64,000 nt of DNA from the human T2T-CHM13v2.0 reference genome, Homo sapiens: assembly GCF_009914755.1 (NCBI RefSeq), contig NC_060937.1; one strand, written 5' to 3'. The translations under genes and the position numbers were made by a program. The notes under the pieces were generated by a model that was given only the letters and a program-made list of their open reading frames with translations, searched no databases and was not told the DNA's origin. Positions 1 through 15,602 of this stretch are shown here, piece by piece. How positions within the stretch are numbered: position 1 is the stretch's first letter; each line of letters opens with the position of its first letter.

Positions 1-2500
1 GCTTATCCCATTCACTCTATCTCTTATTATTTGTATCAATAGCATTAACTAAGGTGTTTTCTCTCTGGAAAATATAAAGCCTGTCAACCTTTACACTTGT
101 ATCATTCCTATCATGTGAAAAGGAGAATCCAATTGGCAATTTGGAGAGGAGTAGTAGCAGTTACCCTTCTCAGTATAGGACTGACAAATCTCACCTTAAC
201 AACTGCAGCCGATATGCTGTCACAGTATTTGGAAGTGTTTTCTCAAAAGTTTACAGCCATTTAATGATTAGTCATGACCATGAATAGTCCTTTGCATCAG
301 ATAATAATAGAATTGCAACATGTCCTCCATCATTAATTTGAAGAATCCATGCCAATGTTAATTCACCAGTCTTCTGTTAGTGAATATTCTGTTCTTTAAT
401 AAAATATAGTTTTCACTCATCACCTGTCCTTGGACTCTGGTTACATAAATAGTTTGTCCTATAATCAATATTTTGAGTCATTTCAAAAGATACAAGAAAT
501 TTCTCCAAGAAACCAGGGAGGGATAAGAAGGTTTTCCAGTGAATAAAATGTAATCTTGCAGCTTTTTCTCCCACTATCATCTCCTCCTATTAAAAACTAA
601 CCTATTAAAAGGTTAGCTTTTACAGGTATGCTAGCAGGAGTCAGTCAATGGGATTTGCACCCAATTTCCCTTTGTCCATGTACTCCCTAGACCCGTACTC
701 CCAGACTGTAGTCTATGGTCCCCAGATTTCAATGGTAAGACTTATTTCCCTTAACCTGCCTCAAAGATTCCACTACCTCATACCAAAAATGTACAGCCAA
801 CTATCCTGAGAACAAATTCTCATATTTTTCCATTATTTCCTTTTGAAAAGGAGCCCAGGTAGAAAAAGAAAACATTCACTATTTTGGTGTGTGGGTCTAA
901 AAGACAATCCTGCTCTCAGTGCCAATCTGAACCCACAAAAAGCATTGAATTGTCAAATCAGACTCAGATTGAAGATTTTGCTCAGTATCATGCTTTTTGA
1001 ATAATTTCAAAGATAAAATAATCATGTATGGGTTAAGTGGGGAGAGACCTGGGTCCTTTCATCTTCATTGAATGTGGTCTCATCCAAGTTTCTAGATTTG
1101 GTTTCTAAGTAAAATGTACAGTTGCTTTACTTACTCAAGTGTATTCTCAGTTACAAACCATCTCCTTTTATACTTAGACAGCAACACAGCTAACGTGACA
1201 TTTTCTTGGGAATCATCACCCTACATTTATTGATTCCTGGCTTATTTTTCATAAGCAATTTTAGACAACTCCGCATGGTCTGCTAGAAACATTTTATGAA
1301 GAATGATTCTTTGGCCACCAAAAACTATTTAGTTTATTTTCTAAGAGACTTGCATTAATATGTTTGCAGAAAAATTAAACCAGAACACCTGACTTCTTTA
1401 TTTCCCAGGAGTTTTCCTCCACACCTGCCCCCATCAGGGGAGAAAATTGATCAGGAGGTACCACCCCTTTCCACACCATTCTTGAATCTATTCTACAGAA
1501 CTCTCTCACATGGTCTAGCAATATGTTTAAGGTAGAATGCTTTTTCTATCAATATTTCTTATGTGTTAAATTTGCATTATTATATATTGACTAGAAATTA
1601 TATATTCATTCTTAAACATTAATCATAATGAATCTAAAAACCTAATTTATTTCAACAAATAAATTTCTCTTTAATTCCTGTCCTCAACATTCTTTTCCTT
1701 AATATTCCTATTGTTACTGTTACAGTTATGAAATCATCTTAATGAAATCACAGCTAGACCAGTGCATTAATTTAAAACAATAGCATCCTTTTTCTATAAC
1801 TTCTTCAAACTTTTCTTCACTGTCGTATAATGATAATTACTCTAAAATGACAATCTGATCATTAAAACTTTAATCATTTACTCTCTGCCAATTTCATAAA
1901 TAAATATTTGATTCACAGTTGTTATTTCTTCTTCAAAATACATCAAATAATCCACCTTTACGAAAAGCAATTTACTGTTTCATAAATGTGCTTTATTATG
2001 TCACATATTCAGTCTTTTAAACATTTTGTGCCATCCTTGGTCATCAAATAAATTTCTATCTACTAAACATGACTGACTTAGCAAAACTATAGCCTTAGTT
2101 TCATGCATGTCTCCATCAATTTTGGAATTGCTTTTATACCCAAACTGCAGTGGGAGAAAAACACATAACCAAATTGTGCTGATTGTTATCTCTTTAAAAC
2201 CACAACCTTGAAAAGCAAATGTGCCTTTAATGCGGCCAAACAAGCCCATTTTTCTTTTGTTAGCCATTGCCTTCTTCCTCTTATGTAAGATTAACTTATG
2301 GATTCTTTCCTCATTTCACACCCCTCACATACTTTTCTTCAATCTCAATGCCAGCTGATGACCTTGTTTCCTGTGTCAATAAATAAATAAATAGATAGAT
2401 AAATAACAATCAAGAGTAAATGTATGCAGACTCCCACTACTACATATACTTAACGCCAGTATCTAAAATTACACACTACTCATCCTGCATATTAATAGAG

Positions 2501-2730
2501 CAGGGTCTTTTCTCTGGTACTATGGACAAACTGAGCCAGATAATTCTATGTTTGGGATGGGGTGTTGGAAAGGTTACCTTGTATGTTGCAGGATGTTTAG
2601 CAACATCCCTGGCCTCTCCAATTCGATGCTAGTAGTAACTCCATTCACAAGTTGTGACAACAGAAAACATCTCCAAACACTGCCAATTGGCTCCTTGCAG
2701 AGTGAAATCTCTCCTTAAAGAAAACCACTG
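2501..2730 (-). mobile_element. MER20 (hAT-Charlie DNA transposon)
   Basis: Reverse complement of MER20 core: GGATGTTTAGCAACATCCCTGGCCTCT, AGTTGTGACAAC, terminal AACCACTG. Confidence 0.85.
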
Positions 2731-3241
2731 CCAGAAATGAAATGTTTATACACCTACCTCAAGCTTACGCCTTTACTTGTTCATCAGCTCTTTCTGACTA
2801 CACAGGCTATAGACAGATACTTTTCAATACTTACCCCTCTTATACGTAATCAAATTTTCCTCATTATTGGGTCATTTCATGATCATACAAATAAGCTATT
2901 ACTTCTGTCATACTAGAAAATAAAAGCAAATAAGCAACCAGTATTCTTCATTTTCCCCATTTTCATTGTCAGATACTGCCAGGGAATTTGATCCCTTTTT
3001 CACCAAAACTCTTTAAAAGGATAATTTATAGTCACCATGTCATTTGCTTCTTGCATTTTCTCTTTAATCATTTCACTTCCATACAGATTTTTGCCCCCCA
3101 GTACTCTAATTAAACCTGTCCTCCACTTTGTTAATCTTATAGTTATTTTTCTCACCTTACTTGATTTATCAGCAGCATTTGAAGTAGATTATTCTCATAA
3201 TACTATCTTCATTTGACTCCCTGGTTTTATATTATTTGTAT

Positions 3242-3244
<3 letters not shown>

Positions 3245-3278
<34 letters not shown>

Positions 3279-3297
3279 CCTCTCTCTCTCTCTCTCT
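3245..3297. repeat. (CT)n microsatellite
   Basis: Near-pure CT dinucleotide run. Confidence 0.95.
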
Positions 3298-3536
3298 TTT
3301 AGTGTTTTCTTCTATTCATCAGACTCAATGTTGGAATGCTCCAGGCCTCAGTATTTTATTTCCCCCCACCATCATCTTTCTCTGCACTTCTTTCCTTGGT
3401 TATCTCATCCAATCTCATGGTTTTACATGCAGTGTAAATGCTAATGACTCCCAAATTTATATTTCCATGCCATATCTCTATCCCAAATTCCACACTCATA
3501 AATCCAATTGCATTTTTTACACTTCCACCTAAATGT

Positions 3537-4031
3537 TGTGATGATAATGGGTCTATTTTTCCTGAGACCCATTCCTCACTCTGCCCAGTTCAGTTCTTAA
3601 GACAGAGGGGATGAAAACTGTGGATTATGTAGCTCAGATTTTCTGAAAGCTGGCTTCCAGGTAGGCTCAAACAATAGGAGACACATGCAGAAAGATGAAA
3701 GGCAGGAACAAGGAGAAATCTAGATATTGTCTCAATTTCTCCCTGTCATCCCTAATAACAGTTGCATTTTTTACAGGCTCCTGCTCCTTTACATAGGCCC
3801 ACTGTGGTTCCAGCTTCCCCCAAACATCCCTCCCTGCAGCTCCAGTAGTACAGCCTCCTATCCCTGTTCTCCAAGGGAAGGTGATAGTAGCCTCCCATTG
3901 TTGCTAAATTGTAGGTTGCCTCACTGTCCCCTGGTTGGCTTTAATTTTTTTAAAGTTATTTCTACTATCAATTCCCTTTGTTTTAAATTCTCAATGATTT
4001 CAATTTTCCTGGCTAGTTTCTGATTACTTCA
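3537..4031 (+). mobile_element. LTR33/LTR41-family solo LTR (ERVL)
   Basis: TG...CA ends; CTGGCTTCCAGGTAGGCTCAAACAATAGGAGACAC and AATTCCCTTTGTTTTAAAT...TTTTCCTG motifs; sits inside the L2. Confidence 0.65.
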
Positions 4032-5079
4032 GATACCTAATGGAAATCTCAAAGAAAGTATGACTCAAGAGAAATTGCTGATTTCCATCTCCCAGCTACT
4101 ACCAAACCTGTTTATGCTTATCCATTTCATTTGATGGCATCCTTCCTCTGGTTGCTTAAACTCAAAGACTTTATAATATCTAGAATCTGCTACTTCTCAC
4201 CATGTCTACTGAGGTGTGAATTACTACTGTTTTCCTCTTGGATAAAGTCAATATCTAAAGAGGGGACTTTTCCTAAAAGTGTCCCCTTACAGTCAGTTAC
4301 CAACACAATATCCACAGTCATCCTTTTTACATAAAAGAGCGTATCACTTCTCTTCTTAGGACCTGTAGTGACCCTCTCTTTCATTGATGGTAAAATTCTA
4401 AGGCAATGTGAGTTTTAAAATACCCTGTAAATTTGTACAATTATTATGTCATTTAAATATAATATATATTTTTAAAAATTAAAAACATATATCAAGGCCC
4501 AAATTACTTCTGTGTGCTCATCGTTAACTCCCCTTCCTCACTCATCTCCAGTCACACTGGTTTCCTTGAACCCCTTCAAACAAGCCAGATATGGGGCTGT
4601 CTTGGGCTTTTGCACTGTCTTTTCCCTCTGCCTGAGTTCCCTTCTTTCAGATATCTACATGTTTAATACCTCACCACCTTTAAATTTTTGCATAAATGCT
4701 ATCTTTTCAATGATGTTTTCTACGGCCTCCCTACTTAGCATCTCAACCTGTTTCTTGGACCAGAATTAGAAAATGAATATAGAGAGATGAACACAATATA
4801 TATGGCCCTGCCCTCATAGTCCTAGCAATCTACAGGGACACAAAATAATATGCAAAAAAGTATTTGAATTATCTTCAGCACCTTTCTAAAGAAAAAAAGC
4901 TACTTAAAACTCACACTTAGAAGTGCTCAATATGAGTCAATACATTATGTCACCACCTAAAGTAACAAGATGTTAGGCTGCAACTGCTGTATGTTTTGAA
5001 AGTGACTCATTACACTACGAAGTCACATACTTGTTTAATATTATAATAAGACAGAACTAAATTTAAATCATAGTTATAC

Positions 5080-5210
5080 CAAACACTAGCTACTCTGAAT
5101 CTCTACATCTCAATGTTCTCACCAGCAAAATCAAGCTAATAATAATACTAGCTTCTTAAAGTTATTTAAAAGATAAATGAGCTAAGATATGTAATGCTCA
5201 TAGCCCATTT
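5080..5210 (+). mobile_element. MIR fragment
   Basis: MIR core-like AATAATAATACTAGCTTC...AAGATAAATGAGCTAAGATATGTAA. Confidence 0.55.
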
Positions 5211-6191
5211 AGAAAGGCAAAATATAAGGTATAGTACATAGAAACCACTGACCATTGGTAATTCTGAAACACTACAGGTCAGACAGTTTGAATGAACCAT
5301 ATACTAAAGGTTGGAAAAGTTATTTGATTAAACTCTGCCTTTTTTTTTCTGGAAAGAACACATAGATTAATCACTTTGTATAACCCCAACCTCTCCCTTC
5401 TTGGGAGTGGGGACAGGGGAAACAGTTTTCATCATCTATGATCTTAAGTTTCCTCATGCTCTTTCTCATTGTTAAGACAATACCACTTATTTTAGCTTAT
5501 TGTTACAATAGTATTTCATTTTTTTCTAACAACTTGGTATTAGTCAAGATGGGATATAATAACAAATGACTCTTGAAATCTTCATGGGTGCCATGGGAAG
5601 TTTCAAGAACACAACTTGAAAGTGAATTGCATGACTTTGTTCTGTATTTCATTGACCACTACTCATTCAGTGAGCCTGAAAGTAACTGTGTATATCACTG
5701 TTAGTATACTATGCATGCCAGATACCCAAGACTCAAACTTTTCCTTTCCTTTAGATACCACCTACTTAGTCATCAATTTTGGTTCAACCTACTCCACTAA
5801 ATAGCTTTGACTTCCATTCACTTACCACTTTAGATTAGTGCTATAGACTCCTATTTTACCTCCTTCATATCAATCCCCTTAAAACTCCCAATAGCTTCCA
5901 TTGTTTCAACCAAAAGCTCAAATTCCTTTAATATAAAGTGTTATATGAACTGGCACCCTATATACTTTATATCCTAATCTCTCATCTTTCATTTATTTCT
6001 TTAACTCCTGACTCATGTAACAAAAATTCATTTATCTCAGCACGTATTTACTCCCTTACTTTACTTGTTATGCTCTCCCAAATGTCCCTGTATTTTTCAT
6101 TGAATAGTAATTGCCACATTTTATTTTATATGCTTGTGTTACCATTTATATATATATTTACTACAGACTCTGCTTTTAGAAGGCATACACT

Positions 6192-6579
<388 letters not shown>

Positions 6580-6849
6580 TTAATTTCAATTAATTGATTA
6601 TGGCCTTTATCATTTCAAGATTTTTATATGTCTACTTTTATGAACTCTAGGCTAGTTTTTTCCACTTTTATTTCTACAATCATAGGGCCTATTTTATATT
6701 TTCTCTTGCACTTGATTATAGAAGAGATTGAAATGAGTTAGGAAACATGTACTTGAAACCAATAATGGGCACACTTTACAGGATTTCAAAATCTAAAAAT
6801 ATCATAACATAACTTCAGGGAAGAGTAAGAAGTATTGGTGTCATTTTTT

Positions 6850-7255
6850 TCCTTTTAGTAGATCAGTTGAAGAGGTAAATTGAACATGGACTATGTGTCA
6901 GACTCTTTTTTCCAAATTATATTCTTAAATATATAGTAAAACATATGTTAGAGGCAGTTTTTTAATAACAAACAATATTTGAATTGAGATACTGAAGTAA
7001 AATAAACTGTGCAAAAATGTATTACTAAATATCTGCATTTTCTAGAGATGTATCCTTAAGTATGTAGGTATAAAATTACATTCTGAGATATATTTTTAAA
7101 ATAATTTGGCAAGAAGAGAACAGGGATACCTTAAGCAGAAACAACAAAATTATGATAATTGTTGAATATGTGTGATGGTTGTATGTTAATGTATTGATTA
7201 TTTTGTGTGGGTATGAAAACATGATAATAAAATCAAATTACAAAAAAATAAAAAA
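6850..7255 (+). mobile_element. Old L1 (L1MC/L1ME) 3' end
   Basis: GATAATTGTTGAATATGTGTGATGG...AATAAAA plus A-rich tail. Confidence 0.55.
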
Positions 7256-9133
7256 TACCTCTTGCTTTTTTAGCAGCTTTTTACATTGTTTATAACAGTG
7301 TCTATAGCGCTATGATTGGTCAGAGCCAGAGACTATAACATTTAATAAAACGAGTCTCTCTAGAAGCTCATGGGAGTTCATTTACGGCAGCAAAGACCTA
7401 TATTAAATGGACTGAATATTTAAGGAGTAATTATGTTGAGTAATGTGTTTATTTATAGTTTTAATTATACATTATCTTTCTTGGTTATCTTTAAAATATA
7501 TTAAGCTTATGCAAATAGGATATGCATCATAACCCAGGATCTATTATCTGAATTGCTTATATACTTATAATAACATAACTTTAAAAGAAAGAATCAAACC
7601 ATATTGCTAGCTTACAGGTTGGATCTTTCTAGAAAATAGTTATTTACCTGAATGTTTATTTTTGTTTTGCATCTTCATCAGTTAAAACCAACAGTTACAA
7701 TACAAATGAAAGTTAAAAAATAATAATATTATTAATCTGAAATTTCAATGTGCTTAGCAATAAATAATGGGAATAAGAATTATCCAGGATGTACTAAACG
7801 CTACAAGAATTATATAATTCTAATGAACATGATGCTTTTGAACTTAAGTAAATTCTATGTGCTTAACTATTTTTATTGTTTATAGATTTAGGACTTCTGA
7901 ATGCATTCTTTTTTGCTGTTATGGGATATTATGAATTCACCTTAGTAGACTTTTGCTTACAGGACATAAAATTAATTTATTCTATGAATTTTTTCTTCTT
8001 TTCCCAAAAATGTGTAAGTTCTGTGATTTCTTGGACTAAAAGATATCTATTTACATAGTGAAAGGCCAGGCCTTGTAAAGATCGTGACAGTATTCAATCC
8101 TATTCTTGTTTTTTTTTGTTTCAATGTGTTGCTAGTTATCTTATCTCAGTGTATTGTATTTATATAACTGCATATTTGATTAAGATACCTAACCTATGAG
8201 ACATATTAACATAATGAACACATGTAAGCACACAACCCAATTTAAGCATAAGAACAGTATCAATAATTTTGCAGTTATCTTTCACTCTTTTTCAGTCACA
8301 CAGAGACAACTATACTCTTAATTTTGTGTTTAGAGTCCTCTATTTTCTTAATAGACAGATTGCACATGGTTAAAGGTCTATCTTTACATCAAGAGAGCCT
8401 GTGTTTGGATCTTGTTCACCCCGCTTATGTCTCTTTTGAAGTTATGCTTAAGCTTTATTCCTTGTTCCTTTATGGAAATTTGAGTATTTTAGGAAAAGTA
8501 AAAAAAAAAAAAAAAAAAAAGAAACTTTAAAGTAGAATGATAAAATCTAGTGTTTTTAGATACAGAAGTGAGAAGCTGAATACGGGTAAAGCATGATGGA
8601 CTACGGGAAGAACGGAATTTCTTGTGTGTGACTGCTCATTCAATAAGCTATATTTTTTAAAAACCTGAACAGGTTATAGCTATTGGTTATCTACAAGTGG
8701 AATTCTCAAACACGAAAATGAAAGCCTGACAAATAAGATGCTAATGCCATTTTCACTTAAAAAATAGAACAAGCGAAAGAGAGAAATAAAAGCACTAGCC
8801 CAGTAAGAACATCCTCTATTTGCCTTACTCATAAGCCATTTCAGGGCCATATCTGCAAAACTAGGAAGAAAGTGCTAAGTGCTAAAACATTTTAACCAAT
8901 CACTTTAAGAAAGGCAGAGGAAGCAAACCACTCTAGTAGATAAAACAGGAGAGACTGAAGTTGCTATAGTTGTAATCTTTTTAAAAATAATCTATTTGTT
9001 TTGAAGAAAACCCCAATAGGAAGGTGTTTTCATTTTTAAAGGTATCTCTTTTCAGATACTATTTAATACTCAGTGTGCTAATAATGTCAAAAATTGTTAA
9101 ATGCGTATATATCTGTATTTCAAATAGGATAGT

Positions 9134-9570
9134 TTATCAAGTCAGGTTTTCCAAGAAGCTGATACTATGCAATTATAAGTCACTCAAAAGGTTATGAGAG
9201 GAACGTTAGTTAAAGATTAAGAAGAAAAAGCAGATCTAAGTGCAGGGAGTCTTCAGTGATGCAAGCCTGGCTTCTGTCAAAGGAGGGGGAGAAGGAAGAA
9301 GGATGAGAATGAAAGAGTCACAGCCTGAAACACAGTTTAGGAAATTTTGGCCCAGACAATAGAAGTCTCCAGTCCAAAGTCTTCTGTTGGAAGGTTATCA
9401 CAAATCTTAAAAATGGCCTTCATCAATACTCCGAGCATGCTCAGTCATTGGCCAGGAACAACCAGAGAAAATATGGCCTGAGTGCAAAGATAGTCATACA
9501 ACCAGAAAAACAGTAGCTGGGGCTGCCTGTCATCCATGGTCACTGAAGCAAGAGTTGTGAGTGGTGACCA
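9134..9570 (-). mobile_element. LTR16-family solo LTR (ERVL)
   Basis: ATGCTCAGTCATTGGCCAGGA, AGCTGGGGCTG and terminal CCACA match the LTR16A/B reverse complement. Confidence 0.65.
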
Positions 9571-10882
9571 CATATATCAAATATTTCTATGAAAAAAAAC
9601 AAAACAAAACAAAGCCCAATCAAGTGAAACTCCAAAATGATAAACTTTAATGCTTATTAGATGACACAAGTGTTAGGTTGGGTATTTTACTAAATATTTA
9701 ATCATTATATATGCACATATTTATGGGCATGTGAGCTTAATTTCTGTTTTTAAATTCAGAATGCTTCAATAATAACATTGCATTTTATATAATCCTGATT
9801 TTCTTTTTTAAAATCAGCTCAAAAGGAGAAGTTAAATATTCAGCTTTAATTTCACCAGTAGATTTTTAATGTTTTGTAATCATAATGTTTAATTTGTGCT
9901 GTTCTTAGAACTTTAATTATGAAGCTAAATTGTACTAATACCCATTAGGTACTTCTTAATTGAAGGCACATCATATGTCTGATGTGGCAGTACTAATTGG
10001 TGTAATTAAATTCTAATATGCTTCAGTAGCCTGATTTTTTAAGTGAATAAAAAGCTGATAGAAATAAGTCAGCTCTTGAAGCTGCATAGTTGTATAATAC
10101 ATACACGTGTTTGCATTTGTAACATGCACATTTATTCAGAACAAACAACTCATTAATTTATTCCAAAACCATTTCACCTGATAACTTAAAATACAGAGTA
10201 AAACAAATTGGTCAGGTAAATATACATGTAACTTAAAAAGAAACAGTCATGTACTTTAGGCATAAGGACAATGCTTTTCTCTTTTACAAATTCTAAGTTA
10301 GGTCAAATTCTCTGAAAGTCACTACTTTTCTTTACTGTGATGTGTTTTCGGTGAAGTTACAGCCTATTTGCAAATCACATCACTGGTTTGTCCAAACAGA
10401 GGTAGATGAGAGGTAAGCTCCTGTCCTGCTAAAAGTCTCCTAAAAACAGCAAGAAAATATTTTTACATGTTCAAAAATGCTCATTTATTTATATTCCTAA
10501 ATTTTCTTTTACTCAGTATAATATAGATAATTTAAAAATCAGTAGAATATTTTTATTATATATGTTTTATTTTTATACTTCTAGTTAAATTAATAGTGGA
10601 ACATTATATATCTATTAAATGTTTTAAATTACATGGAATTAAAATATCAAAGTTAATTATGTTATTATAATTTTTAAATTTCAGAAACCTTCTCTAAAAT
10701 TCTTACTGTTTTATCTTAAAAAATTCATATAGAAATTGTGGTCAGATGTAAACTGTGACTCTGAGCACAAATCCCAATGCTATTGCCAATTTAATTCCAA
10801 TTTTTGTGTTCACACATGAAATGTAGTTTTTCTTTTATTGAGTTTTAAAAATCTGTAAGATTTACCTATCTGAATATACACT

Positions 10883-11058
10883 CAGGTCTAGCTTCATGTT
10901 CCTGTGACCTGTGTGGTCACACAAGGACCCATGTACATAATGACCTCATACTTGGCCTAATGCTCTGCTGTTGCCATCTTGAAACGCTTAACACTTTGAA
11001 CGAGGTACAACATCCACGTCATTTTGCACTGGGCCCTGCAAATCACGTAGACAGTCAT
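10883..11058 (+). mobile_element. MER91A (hAT-Tip100)
   Basis: TAATGCTCTGCTGTTGCCATCTTGAAA and CATTTTGCACTGGGCCCTGCAAAT. Confidence 0.8.
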
Positions 11059-11183
11059 ATATGAGTCCAGTATTTTCCTACCACCAGACATTTTAATGTA
11101 CTGAAGAGATAAAAAAAACTAATAATTAGAAGTTTTAAAAGAATATTTTTAAGAGTTGTTGTTTGTTTGTTTGTTATTTAATC

Positions 11184-12118
<935 letters not shown>

Positions 12119-13019
12119 ATAATAAGATCTTGAGAGAAAAATAAGTTGAAGCCAGAGGTAAAACTGAATATTGGTAATATCTTTTTGTTGTAGGGTTGCT
12201 TTCCATTTTAGAAAGTAATTCAGAGTGTTATTTTTTAAAAATCATATATCAGAGTTCTCTAATAAATTTCAAACTTAAAAGAACATTTAACTTCATAAGA
12301 GAAGAGAAATGTTTCATGAACATATTTTAAAGATAGGGAAACTAGAATACAATTTGGAGTAAAACTAATATTTTAAGTAACCTGGAGATAGGACTCATAT
12401 CTTTTAATAGAACATGCATTCTAACAAGCCAGTGATTTTTCAAAGTTTTCTAAAACACTTTTCTCAAACCACATTTAACCTAGAAGTAGAAACAAATAAA
12501 AGACACAAAATTAGAGTTAATTTTATTGTAACTGGGTTGGCTCCAGAGATTATAGTTAGGAAGTGATTACATTAAGCTCTACATATGCAGCATTCTAGAA
12601 AATTTCAATGCAGTAGACAAAATCTATAAATAATGTGAAACACATATTAACATGTTAAGCATAATATGCATTCATTGTCTTCAACAGAATAGTTCTCTAT
12701 TAATTTTTTAAACGTAATACAATTTTACTTTAAAAACTGAAAAATCAACATATTTCATTAAGAAAAAAATATAAATGTTGCAAAATGATGATGAAAATAC
12801 CGATAGTAACAATTCCCAACTATAACAATTTTGTTTTATCTAATACTGGTCAGCTTTCCATGTGTCCAAGCATTACAGGACTTTTCATTAAGCCTAATCC
12901 TCACAAGAACATTGCTTTGAGTGATATTCCAGAGTGGTAGTCCTTTAAGGCATTAGAACGATTTGTGAAATCACTAAAAATACTAGGGGAAATATTCAAA
13001 AAATGACAATAGTGCCATT

Positions 13020-13950
13020 ATTCCTCCTCCTCAAAGAGACTATCAGAACTAAAACTCTTTGCTTCATGTTCCTGTTTACTTCTGTCCCTTTCAAGTCACA
13101 GAGGTATTATCAGACTTTCATCATTATATGACTCTGCTTTTCCAACAGAATCAATTACCTATCCCTTATCTCACATCTTGATAGTGATAGATATTGAATG
13201 CTTATGTTCTGATTAGCAAACTCTTTTTGCATTTTTAGTAACAACTTGAACTCCTGATATGTCTGGAAAATATAACCCCTTCAACAGCCCTTTCAATGGG
13301 TTGCTACTATTTTGCTCACCCCATCTTCACCTGCCTAATCATGAGGAGGCGGGGTATATACAATTTCAGTTAATTTGTAGTTATCAGTCTATTATAGTTC
13401 TTTCCTTCTGAAAACCAACAAGTAAATAAACCAGCAAGCATCACCAATAAACTTTGACAGTTTATGGTTCATAACGTATGTCTACACCAAACTTTCCATT
13501 CAAATGCTTTTTCAAACCTTTGGTTTCTTTCTCTATTAAGACAACTTTTGCTTTTGGCTTTCAAAGACATTCTCTCCATTATAAACTCTGTCATTATTCT
13601 CTATTGTGCTTACCTCAAACTGGTAACTCTTTCAAATCTTACCTGTCAGTTTCTTGACCACCATGCATGTTAATAACATTTCTTCTCTATTTTAGACAGC
13701 AAATGTTTCTCAATATTTAAAAAAAAATATCCTACTCTTTGGTCCTCTCTACCTCCCATTTCATCCAATATCACTTGTTCGAGACCTGAACTCGTACAGG
13801 TTTTTAACCTGTTGAAGACTGTCACTCTATGGACTCTACTCTCTTCTCTCTCCTCCATAGCCTTCTCATTGCCTATCTTCCCTACTTGTCCAGGAAATGA
13901 TGACATGTTTCATCACTATAATTAATCCATTTCAAATGGCCTTTATGCCA
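13020..13950 (+). mobile_element. Degenerate L2 fragment
   Basis: Pyrimidine-rich L2-like motifs; highly diverged. Confidence 0.35.
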
Positions 13951-14784
13951 AATTATTTTATTATATGCTCTTTCTGTGCCATGCCTTGTTTTCCAAATTT
14001 ACCACAGTACAAATTTTACAATTAGTTTTCCATTACTGAATTAGTACCAATCTCTGTCTTAAAAAATAAATACAGTAAAAAATGATAATGAATTTATTTC
14101 TTCTTATAATACTATCACTGGTGCATGATTAGAATAAATTAATCTTAAGATAATATAAGCATTTCTCCAAATGGTCTTCAAATTCATTGATTTTTTTGTG
14201 ATTTCAATTTGCATATTTATTGTTCCTGTTGCAATTTTTTCAGATTTTTTAAGTATATGTATTAACTCAGAACACATAACTCTTATCACACATATTTTTC
14301 ATGTAATTTATCTAAATCTCATAGAAAAGGGTCCATTTGCATTTTCTCTTATTAGACTCCTGATTTCAAATAATATATTACTTATGAGTATTTTTCTGTG
14401 CTGTAGTTATTCATTCTTATAGATATGTAACATAATTCCTTTTTCAAAGGTAAAAATTGAGCTATCTCTTGTTGAGGATTTGTTGATCTCTGTCTAAAGT
14501 TTCAAAAATAAAGAACTTTAAAAGCAAAATGTAAATTCCTTTCAAGTTTTAGTAAAATTACTTCAAACTTAGTAGCTTAAACAATACAGATTTATTATGT
14601 TACAGTTCTGTAAGACAGAAATCTGACTTGATCACACCATGTTAAAACCAAGATACTGCCAGGGTTGGTTTTTTCTTGGGGGTGGTCTGTGGGAAGAGTT
14701 CGTTTCCTTTGGTTTTCCACAGCCCAGAGGCTGCTTGCATTCCTTTAATCACTGTCCCTTCCTCCATTTTTGAAATGAGGAATG

Positions 14785-15005
14785 GAGTCAGGGTGACTAT
14801 GGTTAGCAATATTGTATTGTATATTTCAAAATAGCTAGAAGAGAGGATTTTTGAATTCTCTCACCATAAAGATATCAAAGATGTATGAAGTGAAGAATAT
14901 GTTGAATATCCTGATTCAATATTTAAACTATACATACACGTGTTGAAACATCACACTGTATCCCATAAATATGTACAATAATTATGTGTCATAAAACAAG
15001 ATTTA
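14785..15005 (+). mobile_element. L1MA 3' end fragment
   Basis: GTATATTTCAAAATAGCTAGAAGAGAGGAT...CCCATAAATATGTACAAT. Confidence 0.8.
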
Positions 15006-15249
15006 AATTGTTTTAAAGGGCCAGCAATGGCAGTTTGTGAGTTCCCATCTCATCACTCTAACTTCTTCTGCCTCCTTCCACTTGTAAATGTCCTTCTGAT
15101 TATTTTGGTCCCATCAGGATAATCCAGAATAACTTTCCTATCTTAATATCAACTGATGAACAACCTTAGTTTAGTCTACAATTTCAATTTTCCTTTGCCA
15201 TGCAACTAACATATTCACAAATTCTGGGGACTAGAATGTGGACACCCGT

Positions 15250-15602
15250 TGTATTAGTTTGTCCTCACACTGCTAATAAAGACATAGCTGAGACTGGGTA
15301 ATTTATAAAAGGAAGACGTTTAACTGACTTGTAGTTCCACATGGCTGGGGAGCCCTCAAAATCATGGTGGAAAGCGAATGAGAAGCAATGTCGCATCCCA
15401 CGTGGTGGCAGGCAAGAGAGCTTGTGCAGGGGAACTCCCGTTTATAAAACCAGCAGATCTCGTGAAACTTATTTACTACCACAAGAACAGCATGGGATAA
15501 ACCGTCCCCATGATTAAATTCTCTCTACCTGACCCCATTCTTCACATGGAATTATTACAATTCAAGGTGAGATTTGGGTGGGGATACAGCCAAATCACAT
15601 CA
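15250..15602 (-). mobile_element. THE1 (THE1C-like) solo LTR
   Basis: TGTATTAGTTTGTCCTCACACTGCTAATAAAGACATA...GAGATTTGGGTGGGGATACAGCCAAATCACATCA. Confidence 0.9.

Larger units (their letters stand above)
2330..4745 (+). mobile_element. L2 LINE remnant, interrupted by MER20, (CT)n and an LTR33-family LTR
   Basis: L2-typical motifs CAGCTGATGACCTTG, CTTACTTGATTTATCAGCAGCATTTGA and ATGCTAATGACTCCCAAATTTATATTTCC; the element resumes after each insertion. Confidence 0.75.

Noticed and set aside
2001-2267. 88-aa minus-strand ORF with an internal acceptor-like TTTTTCTCCCACTGCAG
   Set aside because: No recognisable homology and no matching donor; the length is within chance.
5616-5804. 62-aa ORF (KVNCMTLF...STYSTK)
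   Set aside because: Non-ATG start, in-frame stop at 5574, partly overlaps what looks like a degenerate MLT1 fragment, and no supported acceptor.
8500-8521. Isolated 21-nt poly(A) run as a tail-only retroinsertion
   Set aside because: No flanking TSD found; a simple homopolymer expansion explains it.
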